NCBI GenBank assembly: GCA_013265495.1
Contig: MU058384.1
Coordinates: forward strand, 6,320,792 to 6,343,569
Direction: 5' to 3'
Source of the DNA: Vicugna vicugna
Lineage: Eukaryota
DNA length: 22,778 nt
Positions 10,991-21,716 of the stretch are shown here, in pieces; positions within the stretch are counted from its first letter, which is position 1; the number at the start of each line of letters is the position of its first letter. Under the pieces are notes generated by a model. The model was not told the origin of the DNA and made no database searches. It worked only from the letters and a program-made list of their open reading frames with translations. The position numbers and the translations under genes were made by a program.

Positions 10991-11729
10991 TCTCGACACT
11001 GTGCTAACTCTGGGCAACCACCTTGCCCTTTTGGTTGTCACTATGGCATACAACAACTATAAAAAGGAAGATGGAGGGAAGCAAGTATATGCACCACTTC
11101 ATATGACACACCACCACTGTAACTCTCCATTTTAAATTAGAAAAAGGAACGAGTTGGATACAATTATATTTTGTGGGAAAGAAAAGAAAAAAATGGAATG
11201 ATCACTATCTTTCCTCAAGAACCTCATCAAGTCCACATTTTAAATACTCATAAAGAAAAACTGGAAAACATATGAAAACCAACTACAATGAAACTACAGA
11301 GAAACACGTCGTTTGGGATAAATGTCACAATCTGAAATTGATGTGAAATACGAAGAGGATATCATGAAATGCTGAACAAAGTTGCCAGAAGGCCATACAA
11401 AAGAACAGAGAATTTTGCTCCCACTGAATTTCAAGCATTGAGTCTTCTCCAAAGCCCTCCCCATGGCAAAGTGGCCACTTTTTTCTTGGACTCTTGTAAT
11501 AACTCACTGCAATTTTCTGTTAAAACTATCTTTCCAGTAACCATGAGCTCCTTAAAGGAGGAGCTGGATCTTCATCTTTAAATACTGTATCACTGAAGAT
11601 TTTTTAAATGTCTTTAATCTGGGGATACCTCATCACTAAAACAATGCTTCTATTTCTAAAAGATGCATAACTGTTGCCAACAGGGAAAGCCTTTCTGCAT
11701 CATGTGTAAAGTTCATGTCCTGGGTGGAG

Positions 11730-11936
11730 GACGGTATAAGGCTTAAGATTCAGAGTGTGGAGTCAGCCTGACAGAACAAAAATCACCACCTGGCCACTCT
11801 TGAGCTAGTGCCTTAGCACGTAAAATGGGTATGTCTGTCAGAAAAAGCTGATGGAAGGCAGAATAAAATAGTAAATTATGAGAAGCATTTAGTTTCTAAT
11901 AACTCAGGAAGCACCCCCAAAATATTAGTCATTATT
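11730..11936 (+). mobile_element. Degenerate MIR SINE
   Basis: TGGAGTCAGCCTG...GCCACT...GTAAAATGGG...AAGCATTTAG...AAATATTAGTCATTATT, with an internal deletion of the core. Confidence 0.65.
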
Positions 11937-12394
11937 TCATTAAAAGGATAATAATTAAGGAACTGCACAAATAATCTGAAAGGAGAATAATTCTAGAATA
12001 TTCTGGGACTATGATTTTGAGTCCCCAACTATTTTTAAATATAATAATCTTGATATCCTGGGAAAAACCAGTTTCGATAGATATCAAATCTATCTAAAAA
12101 TACTGGACCATGTATAAGACGGTTTATTGATCTCAGTCAGCCTTCCTCTGACTAATGCCAATTCCAATTGTTTATTTGTACTCTTTTTCAAGCCCATGAA
12201 AGTGTATATTCTAAGTACATGTCAAAAAAGATTGTATAACTATCCCTTGGGGAGAAAAACTTAGTATCTCTAACAATTTTAACCCGAAGTCTGACCAAAA
12301 TTAAAATTATATAAGCCTATATAATTCAAACAAACAAAGTTCCATACCTCTGGAGCACAATGGAGACATAATCTAGAAAGCCCAGAAGACTGAT

Positions 12395-12597
12395 GGACAA
12401 GCCAATCACTTCAATCATATCAAGCAATCCTTCTCCTAAAGCAGCTTCCTCTCAGAATTACTCAGCCTGACACAGTCCCCCAAGCCGGGCTGCGGCCAGT
12501 GCACTCGCCTGAGGAAGGCGTGACCAGCTGAAGTGTCCGTCAAGATCTGCCCTTTGACTGCAGGTCCGTCCTCTCTGGTCTTCCATTCCAGGTAACC
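12395..12597 (+). promoter_or_regulatory. Candidate promoter / first exon
   Basis: AGCCAATCA (NF-Y-type CCAAT box) at 12400-12408; GC- and CpG-enriched ~120 bp (12475-12600) against an AT-rich background; 5' splice-site-like CAG|GTAACC at 12591/12592. Motif evidence only. Confidence 0.35.
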
Positions 12598-13416
12598 TGT
12601 GTCGCAGTAACTCTAAATCAGAAACTCTCTCTTGCTCTAGAGATGCCCTTATCTTAAGTATTACACATTGTGCAGAAGTAAATCATAAAAAATGCTACAG
12701 AGTGCCTTGAAAATTGAGGGTGAATCCAATAAATCGACGATTTTTATTACTTTCATCCTTTACAAAGAATCACTTTTCTTACAGTTCACTGAATGTAACA
12801 AACTCACCATTTAGTTACTATTTTTCTCAATGTCAATTTTTAAAGATAGAGCTAAAACAGGATTTTATAATGTGCGCACTGATTACTAAAACATACGATG
12901 AAATAAAAATGCCTGGCCAATAATCTCTTTAAATATGCTGTTCTCATCCCATTCTATTTATTTTATTAAAATATGAGTGATATAAAATTGTTACAGTATT
13001 TATGTATTACTCAATATATCAATATCATCAGAACTGAGAAACTTACTGGTTTATCTCCTAAAAATGCCATTAATGGGGATTAATAATTGACAAAGTTGGT
13101 AACATATTTTTGGAAATTACAAGTTGAGTATGCAGGTTTTGGGTTTACATTTTTAATGAAAAATACTTTAGTAAATCTTCAGTGATATGTGTGTGTATGC
13201 AAAGAGATATCACATGTCATATTTAGTTATCCATATTCCTCCTAAGATTGTGGAAACATTTATTTTGTTAAGAGAGGTTGGCCAAATAATCCATGCCATA
13301 AAATACAACTCTTCGTAAAACAGAAGGGCAAAGTCCACCCCTCATCCTCTCATCTTCCTCCTTCGCATAACACAGCCTTCTCTCGCCTCTTGATTTGCTT
13401 GCTCCCTTTTCCCCAG

Positions 13417-14018
13417 ATGGGCCCGTATCATTGTCTTCGAGTTCTGTCCATTTGGCCAGATCCTGAAAATGTGTCCAGGCTTCATGAATCCCTTCTGGGG
13501 ATTGGATCTGCCTGTGTACACCACTTACCCACTGGCTAGAATTCAACCTTAAACTTACATTAGCCCAGATCCAAAATGGTTTCATGGTACCACCCACCAG
13601 ACTCCATTCGGACACAGAAGAAACCCACAGGTGTTGGCTGCAATCTAGACTGGTATCAATTTCAACTCACTTTCTGAGATTTTATGATCTGGATCTGGGG
13701 CTCAGTCCTATAGCCAATAAATTGCCACTAAGCCCTGACAATGGTGGGTTAATGCCCCGACAATGGTGGGTTAATGCCCCTAGGTCAGGCAGCCCATTCA
13801 GGGTCCCAGCATGTCTGGAATGACCCCTCAAGATATCTTCAAGAAAAATCCACAGCATGAGACCACATACTGTCATACAATCAATCCAGAATTTGACTAT
13901 GAGGAGACATGTTACAAAAGTAAACAGGTTGAAAAATTTATCCAGCCACTTGGGGAAACTCCTGAAAATCAAATTTCAATAGATGCTATCCATTCCACAC
14001 CATTTCACTTGTTGAATG
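13417..14018 (+). other. Candidate exon (602 bp) of an unidentified lncRNA, small-ORF gene or decayed gene
   Basis: Long polypyrimidine tract ending TTTTCCCCAG (AG at 13415-13416); donor ATG|GTAAGC (GT at 14019-14020). Open frame from ATG 13811 (A at -3) up to the donor. Not recognisable as a repeat. Confidence 0.35.
13737..13780. repeat. Perfect 22-bp tandem duplication
   Basis: GACAATGGTGGGTTAATGCCCC at 13737-13758 and 13759-13780. Confidence 0.97.
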
Positions 14019-14499
14019 GTAAGCTTTTTTTTCCCCTTAAGTAGTAGTTGGCTTAAAGCCACCATCCCCATTAGCTACATAGTTGGTGAGAAACAGTGGA
14101 AATTTTTTTGTCCTGCTTATCTAGAAATCCTGCTCTCCCTTAGCTAGTCATTTGTGAGTCAATTTTTTTTAATTCAACTATTGCAAAAGTCCTTTGTTTC
14201 AATGATAGAAAAGCATTTTAGAAATTCTGTTCAAAGCTACACCTCTAAACTAGAATCTATTAGACACTTTTTTATTTGAACATCCATAAAGCTAAATCCA
14301 GCTGGAATTTACATTTTAATGTTATAGTGGACCCTACAAAGGGTCCCACTGTTAATGTTTCACCTGCCTCTCTCAGGAAAGGATCCAGATTAGTTCACCT
14401 GGTAAAGTAGAAAGAAAGTAACTTTGACCAAAATGTGGGCTGAGTGTCAATCTGGCTTTACTACTTACCTTTATAATTTAAATTACCGTATAGATGAAA

Positions 14500-15295
14500 T
14501 TCATTCACATGTCCATCCAATCACTCCTTTACTCAACTAACATTTAAAGGACACCTACCCTTTCTAGGCACTTTATAGGCACTCAGGAATAAAGCATGAA
14601 TGGAACAGACCAAAATCTCTGCTTGCATTCTGGTGCTGGTGTTCTAGTGGATTCCAGAAAGCTTGCATACCAGTGGAGTCAACAGACAATAAATAAGTGG
14701 ACAAGTGAAACATATGGCATGGCAGATGATCATAAGGGCTATAAGAAAGTGAATCTGAAAAGGAGACCATAGAGGGCTGGGGTAGGGGGAGCCAGCCCCA
14801 TTAATAAGGTGATATTTACACAGAGGTCTCAGAGACATGAGAGAAGAAGTCTAGCGTAAATGGGAAATTAACATTCAGGGGCTAGATGTGTATGATTTAC
14901 AAGCAGAACTGTGCTGCGTGTCTGAAAGCAGCAAGCGAGCCAAGTGGTTGCAGAGGAGTGAGAGGAAAACAATGGAAGCTGAAGTCAGAAAGAGTGGTGA
15001 AACTGACGATACCGAGCCCTACGGGCCAATAAAGACGCAGGCTTTTACTGTAAGTCATCTGGGAAGCCACTCGAGGGTTCAGAGCAGAAGAGCATGACTG
15101 ATGTAAATATTCAAAAGAATCTTTCTGGCTGCTGTGTGAAGAAAGAAAGCCAGAGGGGTGAGGGAACACACAGGAAGATCACTTCAAGCCGGTGCCACTA
15201 ATCAGCGTGAAATTAAAAGGGGGAGGGTTAGGAGTGGTTAAAATATGGATGAATTTTGAAGATTTGGCCAACACAATTTAGTGATGGACTGGATC
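14500..15295 (-). mobile_element. L2 3' portion
   Basis: Antisense tail (TTCATTCAC...CAACTAACATTT...CACCTAC...AGGCACT), CAGACAATAAATAAGT, AGGTGATATTT, GGGAAGCCACTCGAGGGTT, TCTGGCTGCTGTGTG, GTGATGGACTGGAT. Confidence 0.88.
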
Positions 15296-15879
15296 TTAAA
15301 CAGAAGTTATTTACCATAGAGCCAAAAACTTGCGAAATGTTGAAGTCCAACTCCTCGTACATTTGTATATACTGTCATACAGACCTTGGACATGAACTGT
15401 GGATCCGAGCACCCTGAACACACATTTTAAGAGGTCTTCCAATCCTCCAAGGAAGATTTAAAATAAAGCACTGGATAAACGCCGTGAACAGATGCCTCGG
15501 CTACCCAAATTAGGACCCACGATATGGAAATGTGACAAAAGGAATGACGGTGATCTTGATAACACTCGAGGTCAAACATGCTCATGCCCTCTGAAGTGGC
15601 ACAAGTCTGGAGTGAAAGGTGTGTTTGCTCAAAGGGTTAACGGCAGAAGAAGAAGAATTCTTGCTCAGGAGTGGTCCAAAACCAATCTGGCAAAGAACAG
15701 GATGTGAGATTATACAACTGCTGCTTTGCTTTTAAATTCTATTTGTCTGCATCTGTAACCACAATCCCTCCAGTAAATAGGAAGGGCGTGGAATGAACTT
15801 TTGCCCACGCTTGAACATATTAAGCTTATGTACGCTCTTAACAGTGGTGACAATTTTTCTAACCCACTTCACTGGATAT

Positions 15880-16350
15880 GACACATCCTGATACTGTGAC
15901 TCAGCATCCCCTTTTCTTTTAAGTCCTTCCCACCACCTTATACTAACCTCTACTCATACTGGTTCCTAAACTTTACCAATCCCGGGATCAATGTTCCAGA
16001 CAGGCTTGTTGCTTTCAGCAACTACTCTGTACACCTCTCTAATTCATCCTTGGCCTTCATCCCTGGTGAGTCAATGTCATGTTACTAACCTCTTTCCTCT
16101 GGAAGTACAGTCCTTCACTGCCTCAAAGCCAGTGATCTTCCATTTCTTCTTCGCTTTAGCTACTACTTATAAACACCCACCTGGACCTTGTCATAACGTG
16201 TGATTAATCAACTCTTCAAAGCCTGAACTCTCCATAGGTGTTCTCTAAATATTAGCTCGTCTCTATTATCACTACAAAAACCACATGTCTGCTGAACATT
16301 CTGCCCTAACTACAGGCTATTGGCCCCTCTGGCTCCTGTGTCTCACTAGA
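15880..16350 (+). mobile_element. Ancient L2 ORF2 endonuclease-region fragment
   Basis: Pyrimidine-rich. ATCCCTGGTGAGTCAATGTCAT resembles a decayed ILGDFNVH motif and CTGGACCTTGTCATAACG encodes LDLVIT, both APE-domain motifs of L2/CR1-clade LINEs. Confidence 0.6.
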
Positions 16351-16874
16351 TAGCCAAGAATCCGCGATTATCCTTTCAGAGGATAATCTTACCAACAAGC
16401 AGGAATGACTTTTCCCCTTCACTTCCCTTGCATATTTCCATTTCCTCTCTAGGGATGACCTATGCTTTGCAGACACACATAATCTTACTTCCCCAATTCT
16501 AGAAACAAATAAAGCTGATATTCTTCCACTGATGGCTCTGTACCACCTCTGGCCATTTAACCCAGTCTGAAGTAACTGCCTCCATCGTACACTTCCTGGT
16601 CTCTAAAAGCAGGAGGCAGGCAGCAAACACGCTGGTGTTCATGGCAACTGCGTCAATGCCCTGAAGCTTCAGCTCCACGCATTCCACCGGCTCTTTTGAC
16701 TTGGTATCTGAAGTTGTCTCCTTCAGAGACCTAACAAAATGGAAGTGGGTCCATCCTGATGGGCCACAGTACCTTGTGCTGCTTTAATAGAAGTCCAAAA
16801 AACAGTCCCTTTTCCAGACCACTTAGCCAGTTCCCTAAACAGACTATTCAAACTCTTACCAAATGATGATTTCA

Positions 16875-17000
16875 TCCACAATGACTTGTGCAGAGACGTA
16901 TGACAAGTCTGTGACCCAGTCTGCACAGACCTCGGGTCTCCTGATGCCCAGCTCACTGCTTTCCTTGCCACATCCTGCCTTTCCAGCACTGATTTCACCA
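16875..17000 (-). mobile_element. MIR 5' fragment
   Basis: Reverse complement GGAAAGCAGTGAGCTGGGCATCAGGAGACCCGAGGTCTGT...CAAGTCA resembles the MIR head. Confidence 0.6.
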
Positions 17001-17714
17001 TGGAATAAGGTCTTCTGACAGTGATAAGAACGACCATGACAATCCACTTTTTAAAGACACAAGTGATGCCATCATTTTCTTCATAGGATTCCTAAGGAAT
17101 TATATTTTTAGTACATAATATACCTGCCAATTTCTGAGATGACAAAAACAGAAGTAACTGGTGATAATTTTCTAAATTTTATCTATCATGTGTGTGCACG
17201 CACATGCACAATACTGCATGGTTTTAGCCAGAACTGAAGTTGTCACCTCTTCTATAATCATCATGCCGTAGTTAAGTTAAACACTTCCAAGTGTGGCTGC
17301 TATAATGTTTCCTAAGAAATTCTTTTCAGTCACAAATGTGGCAGTGATCAAAAAAAGTACAAAACCACCAAAGTGTTGTATCAGGAGCCATGGTTGTAAT
17401 GTTAAACTCTCTGTCATTTGTTTACAGATACAGCTTTAATAAAGGCTAAATGCCTGTGATATCTAACTGACTTCTAGAGGTAAAAATAACAGGCTTTCTT
17501 TTTATGAACTGCCGTCAATGTAAATTAAGTAGAGATATTCCTGAAAGAACCATCCTGGAATATACGCAAACATTCAAGTGAAGTGAAACAAAACCATCCA
17601 GTTACCCCTTGAATAAATAGGGCAAAATATACGTGGATCATACAAAACAAAGTAAATTCACTCACTATAGATAAAGCACAAATATAATTAAAAAATAAAA
17701 ATATTTGTGCTTTA

Positions 17715-17798
17715 AAATGAGCATAAATTAAATGAGCATAAATTATCAACATCAAATTCTAGTGAACTGATCACAAATTAACATCAAATTCTAGTGAA
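17715..17798. repeat. Two adjacent short direct duplications (15-bp tandem; 19-bp with 13-bp spacer)
   Basis: AAATGAGCATAAATT at 17715-17729 and 17730-17744; AACATCAAATTCTAGTGAA at 17748-17766 and 17780-17798. Confidence 0.95.
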
Positions 17799-18029
17799 AT
17801 TACACTTATTAGAATTTTTCTCATGTTTCTAAAATGAGTATCTATTACTTGTGGTGATAATAATTTGGAAATTTTGGGGGGGGCTAATGATTAGGTGGTC
17901 AGCCCACAATGTAAGCTCTAAAGTAATTATTTGACTTTTTCTAATCCCTCTAGAGGATTAATGTTAAGCCTTTTTATTTGAAATGCAAATGCAAAAGAAA
18001 TGCATTACAGTATTTTCTAAAAGCCTATT

Positions 18030-18430
18030 TTTCCACCCAAACTATTGAACTATCGTATACAATCAAACGATACATTTCCACTTCAATTTCTCAAAATATC
18101 TCAAACTCATTATGTCTAAACCCAAATCCTGGATCTTTCCTCCCAAACTTGTCCAACTTGTCTGACCTTCCATGTCTGACACATCATTTTTCTTCCATTT
18201 ATACAAGTTGGATACCTAGGAGTCAACCATTATACCTTGCTCTGTATTTACTCCCCTTTAACAAATCATACTAATGGAGTCATTTTTGTACCTCCTAAAA
18301 TTTATTTATTTTTCACATCTTCTGCTTCTCTCATTGCCATCATCCTGGTACAAAGCCAACATCTCACCTACTATCAGGTTTGCCACAAGAGCCTCCTAAC
18401 TGGTATTCCACAGCCATTCTTTCTACGTTA
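18030..18430 (+). mobile_element. L2 ORF2 3' fragment
   Basis: CATTTCCACTT...ATCTCAAACTCATTATGTCTAAA...ACCTAGGAGTCA...ATCTCACCT...AGCCTCCTAACTGGT. Confidence 0.85.
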
Positions 18431-18690
18431 AGTCAAACAAACACTCTATTTGTTGCAGACGCGAATGAACCCTCAGTCTCAGCTTCAGTTGGAGGTATGC
18501 AGGGTTTGAGACTCACACCACAAGCACACATTTACACTGCTGATGTGGTTACACTCCATGCATTCAAGACAGAGGATGTGGCAGATTTGGGACTGTCGAT
18601 GTTAGGCCGACTCTCTGAACTGGCAGAGAATCAGCTTCCAGCTGCAGCTGGTCAAGTAACTGCCCAGCCGGCCATCCACTCTCTCCCTCC

Positions 18691-19300
18691 AAATTTTTAT
18701 TATAAAGACTTTCATACAGACAAAAAATTTAAAAGAATAGTCAATGACCACTTAGATGTTCTCTTCATAGATTCCAGAAGTCTTAACATTTTTACATTTT
18801 AATTATCTTTATTTCTACGTTATATTGATAATTGCTGTTAAATCATTTGAAAGTAGGCTGACATTTCAGCTTTAACATGGCATCTCCTAAGAAGAGGTTC
18901 ATTATCACACCTACAAAAATTAACAATACCATAAGACCTCTAATATCCCCAACTGTCCCAAGACAGTCTTTTTTATAGCTTTTTTAAAACCAAAATACAA
19001 TTAAGATTTTTACAAGTTGTTCTGCTGTTACATCTCTTTAATCTCTTTAATATCAAACAGTCTCACCACCTTTTTAACCCATAACACCAAATTTCTGAAA
19101 CATCTCCGCCAGGAGTCTTGTAGAATATTCCACTTATGCTGTAATGTAATTGATCCTCCATCCTTACGTTCTCCACAAACTCAGAGTTAGATCTAGAGGT
19201 TTGACTATAGTCAGGTTGTTTTTCTCCTTTTGCATAAATACTTCACATGTGAGTTGGGAACTTCATATGGAATCCCGTCACAAAACCTATAAAATCAGAT
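18691..19300 (-). mobile_element. L1MC-like (L1MC4/5) 3' UTR fragment
   Basis: TTTATTATAAAGACTTTCATACAG...AAAGAATAGT...ATCATTTGAAAGTAGG...CATCTCCTAAGAA...ATTATCACACCTACAAAAATTAACAATA...GTTAGATCTAGAGGTTTGA. Confidence 0.85.
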
Positions 19301-21019
19301 CAATGGACTGCCCTAGAAAAACAGAAATGCAGAAAGTCCCCTACCATATCACTGGTCATGTCTAAAAATAACTTTCCTTTTGTAGAATAAAGAATTCTCT
19401 CTTATAACAAACATATTGCTATAGCAAAAGAAACATAACATGATCTATTACAGCATTAATGACTCTCTTTCTCCTAAAATTAGCTAAGGAGCATAATCTA
19501 TTGGCTAGATCTATATGTAGTTCAGTTATCGGCTGGATTTTGAAATTTCAGCAGTGAAAGCAATTTCTCAACAAAAGATACATGAATGCTAAATTATCCT
19601 TTAGAGAGGTACTATTTCTTTTATGCTAATAACTCATCAACCTTCAGAGTACAAAATAGAGCCCTACTAAAATAGACTATTTTATAAGAACTTGGTGGAG
19701 GTCACTAGGGGCTTTTTTTCCCCTGACTAAGAGTGATCGAATAGACTGGCAAACGCACAGTCATGTAGGAAAACTACTGAAACACAATACCACCTCTTGT
19801 TTGTGCTAAAATGTTCAGCCCTGGTGACACATGCCAACTAGACACAAGGTAGCAGGAAAATACATTCAGGTAGAGCCTGCTAATCACAATCACTAAGACA
19901 GTTTCCAGATACCACTTAAGAACAAAAAAGTGTCCTGCTCTGAAAGTCTTAGTATTACTACCAACCTGCAAGTAAACAGCTCATGTTGAAAGAAATGTTC
20001 CCCTTCCAGACTGGACTATTTTAAATCTCTAGTTGCAAAACACTGAAGTCTTGAATCTCTTCTCTTAGACACAAGGAACGTGAGGAGATAGTTACGTGGA
20101 TTTTGTCCCTATGTGCCTTTGAGGCATAGCATGGACAATTTATGCTTGTAAAAGCAGAATTTTTAAAAAGATGTTTTGCTTTAAGCATATGTATCTGCTA
20201 ATTCAAATTTCTGTCATATTATAGGTTTAAAGCTATATGGTGGGGATATAAAATACCCTTCCCAAAGACTGATTCATTGTCACTGAGCAAAACGGCAAAC
20301 TGGGCTGGAGAATTGTACAGAGAGAGACTCACTGTTTCTTCTGCTCCATCTTTTTAATTATACTAAGTGGTCAAGACTGAGAGACAGCTGAGCGCTATGG
20401 AATTCTACAAATGAAACAGAAAGAGTTACTTTGGGTGCATGTATATATATATGTATCCCACCAGCAGAGTTCCTAATCATAAAGGACTTTTTTCAGAAGG
20501 CAAAATAATATCTGCAAAAGTTTCTGTCATTCCATAGTAGTAACATTCAAAACGTAAAGGACAATCTAATCAGATTACAGAATGTGATAATAAACAATTG
20601 TCATGTTATTTATTTTCCCTTTTTCTCTTCATATTCTCTAATATATCCTAATATATTAAGACAGGTGTTCTTGCTAACACAATTGGTAGGAAATAAGAGA
20701 AGAATCATAGGGGATTATCTGGGGTTGGACACTGCTGCGGTGGCTAAAATATTGAGCCAGATGTCTCAGTTTTCACACAGTATTCTCAATGAATGTGTAA
20801 AGAATAAATTAGAAAAATGTTCAATTTCTTTTATGAAGCAAATATTAAGAGATTATTACCAAGAAGTAATAATATCTTAGTCAACTAGTAAGCAGCTAGT
20901 TATTGTTTCCTAGACATTAGAACCACCACTACAAAGAATTAAGAGTAAAATTTTATGGTCATCCGTGTCAATTTTTTTCTGATGCTTACACCCATTTCTC
21001 TTCCAGCTCTATCACACAG

Positions 21020-21125
21020 TTGTCCAGCCTCTTTATCAATATTTCCATGGATGGAAAGTGCATTGCCTCATAAGAAAGCTCATTCTAGCATCTGACAGAT
21101 TATACGGTTAAAAAAGTTCTCATCT
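21020..21125 (-). mobile_element. CR1/L3 LINE fragment
   Basis: TCCAGCCTCT...TCCATGGATGGAAAGTGCATTGCCTC...GCTCATTC...CTGACAG...GTTAAAAAAGTTCT matches the antisense CR1 3' region. Confidence 0.65.
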
Positions 21126-21127
21126 CC

Positions 21128-21716
21128 ATTGTTCTCATTTAGCAAGTGTTCATTGTACTACGCCCTAGGTACCAAGGCAGGGTTTCAGTATGTCCCTTGC
21201 CTTCTTGGAGCTTACAGCCTGGTGAGAAAGATAAATGATCACAGGAAAGGACTATATGATACACAGGAATAAAAGCAAAAGTTGCTTGGTACATGGTAAG
21301 TCCAAAATAACTTAAAACAATATTGAATGAATCAATGGAGATGTGATGAGAGTCTATTAAAAAAAAAGGAGATAAATGATCTAGGCTGAGGAATCTGGGA
21401 AGGCTTCTTGGAAGAAGTGATATTTAAGATAAGATTTGAAGGATAACTAGGAACTCATCTGGAAAAGATCCAAATGAAAGCCTTGAATTCAGTAGGAAAA
21501 ACTGGCCCCTTCCATTCCTAAAATAATATGACTGCAACTGTAGCAGAATGTGGAGGGGTGAGGGGACTGAAAAAAGCTGAGGAAATGGCAGGAGTTTTGT
21601 AGGCCTAATAAGGATACTGGGTTTTAGTTTAAATAAAATTAGGAATCTGTTGCAGAGCTTTATCAAAAGGGATGAAGCGATCAGTTTTTTGTTTTTTAAG
21701 TCCCTTTAATCTGCTC
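21128..21716 (-). mobile_element. L2 (L2c-like) 3' portion, with a short opposite-orientation L2/MIR tail at ~21282-21338
   Basis: GTCCCTTGCCTTCTTGGAGCTTACAGCCTGGTG; GGGAAGGCTTCTTGGAAGAAGTGATATTTAAG...TTGAAGGATAA; embedded + strand tail CTTGGTACATGGTAAG...TTGAATGAAT. Confidence 0.8.

Noticed and set aside
11320..11581. Overlapping 60-70 aa ORFs in unique sequence
   Set aside because: No recognisable motif or convincing splice boundaries; length compatible with chance.
13268..13972. Minus-strand ORFs of 96 aa and 115 aa in the same frame, suggesting a ~235-codon pseudogene or viral fossil
   Set aside because: Their shared frame crosses the recent 22-bp non-triplet duplication, so the continuity cannot be ancestral. 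Short resemblances to parvovirus Rep/VP1 and bornavirus L had inconsistent spacing and lacked catalytic motifs.
15331..15670. Superficial resemblance to papillomavirus E6 (CIYC ... LTAEE) or to a PH-domain C-terminal helix (WINAV)
   Set aside because: Only one intact CxxC, spacing off by about 10 residues, and extra frameshifts are needed. Not supportable without a profile search.
18380..18802. Longest ORF in the track (140 aa)
   Set aside because: Non-ATG start; runs from L2 sequence through an unassigned segment into antisense L1MC; no recognisable domain.
21190..21340. miR-28/151-like hairpin from opposed L2 tails
   Set aside because: Only one arm is recognisable; the complementary arm is too degenerate to pair.
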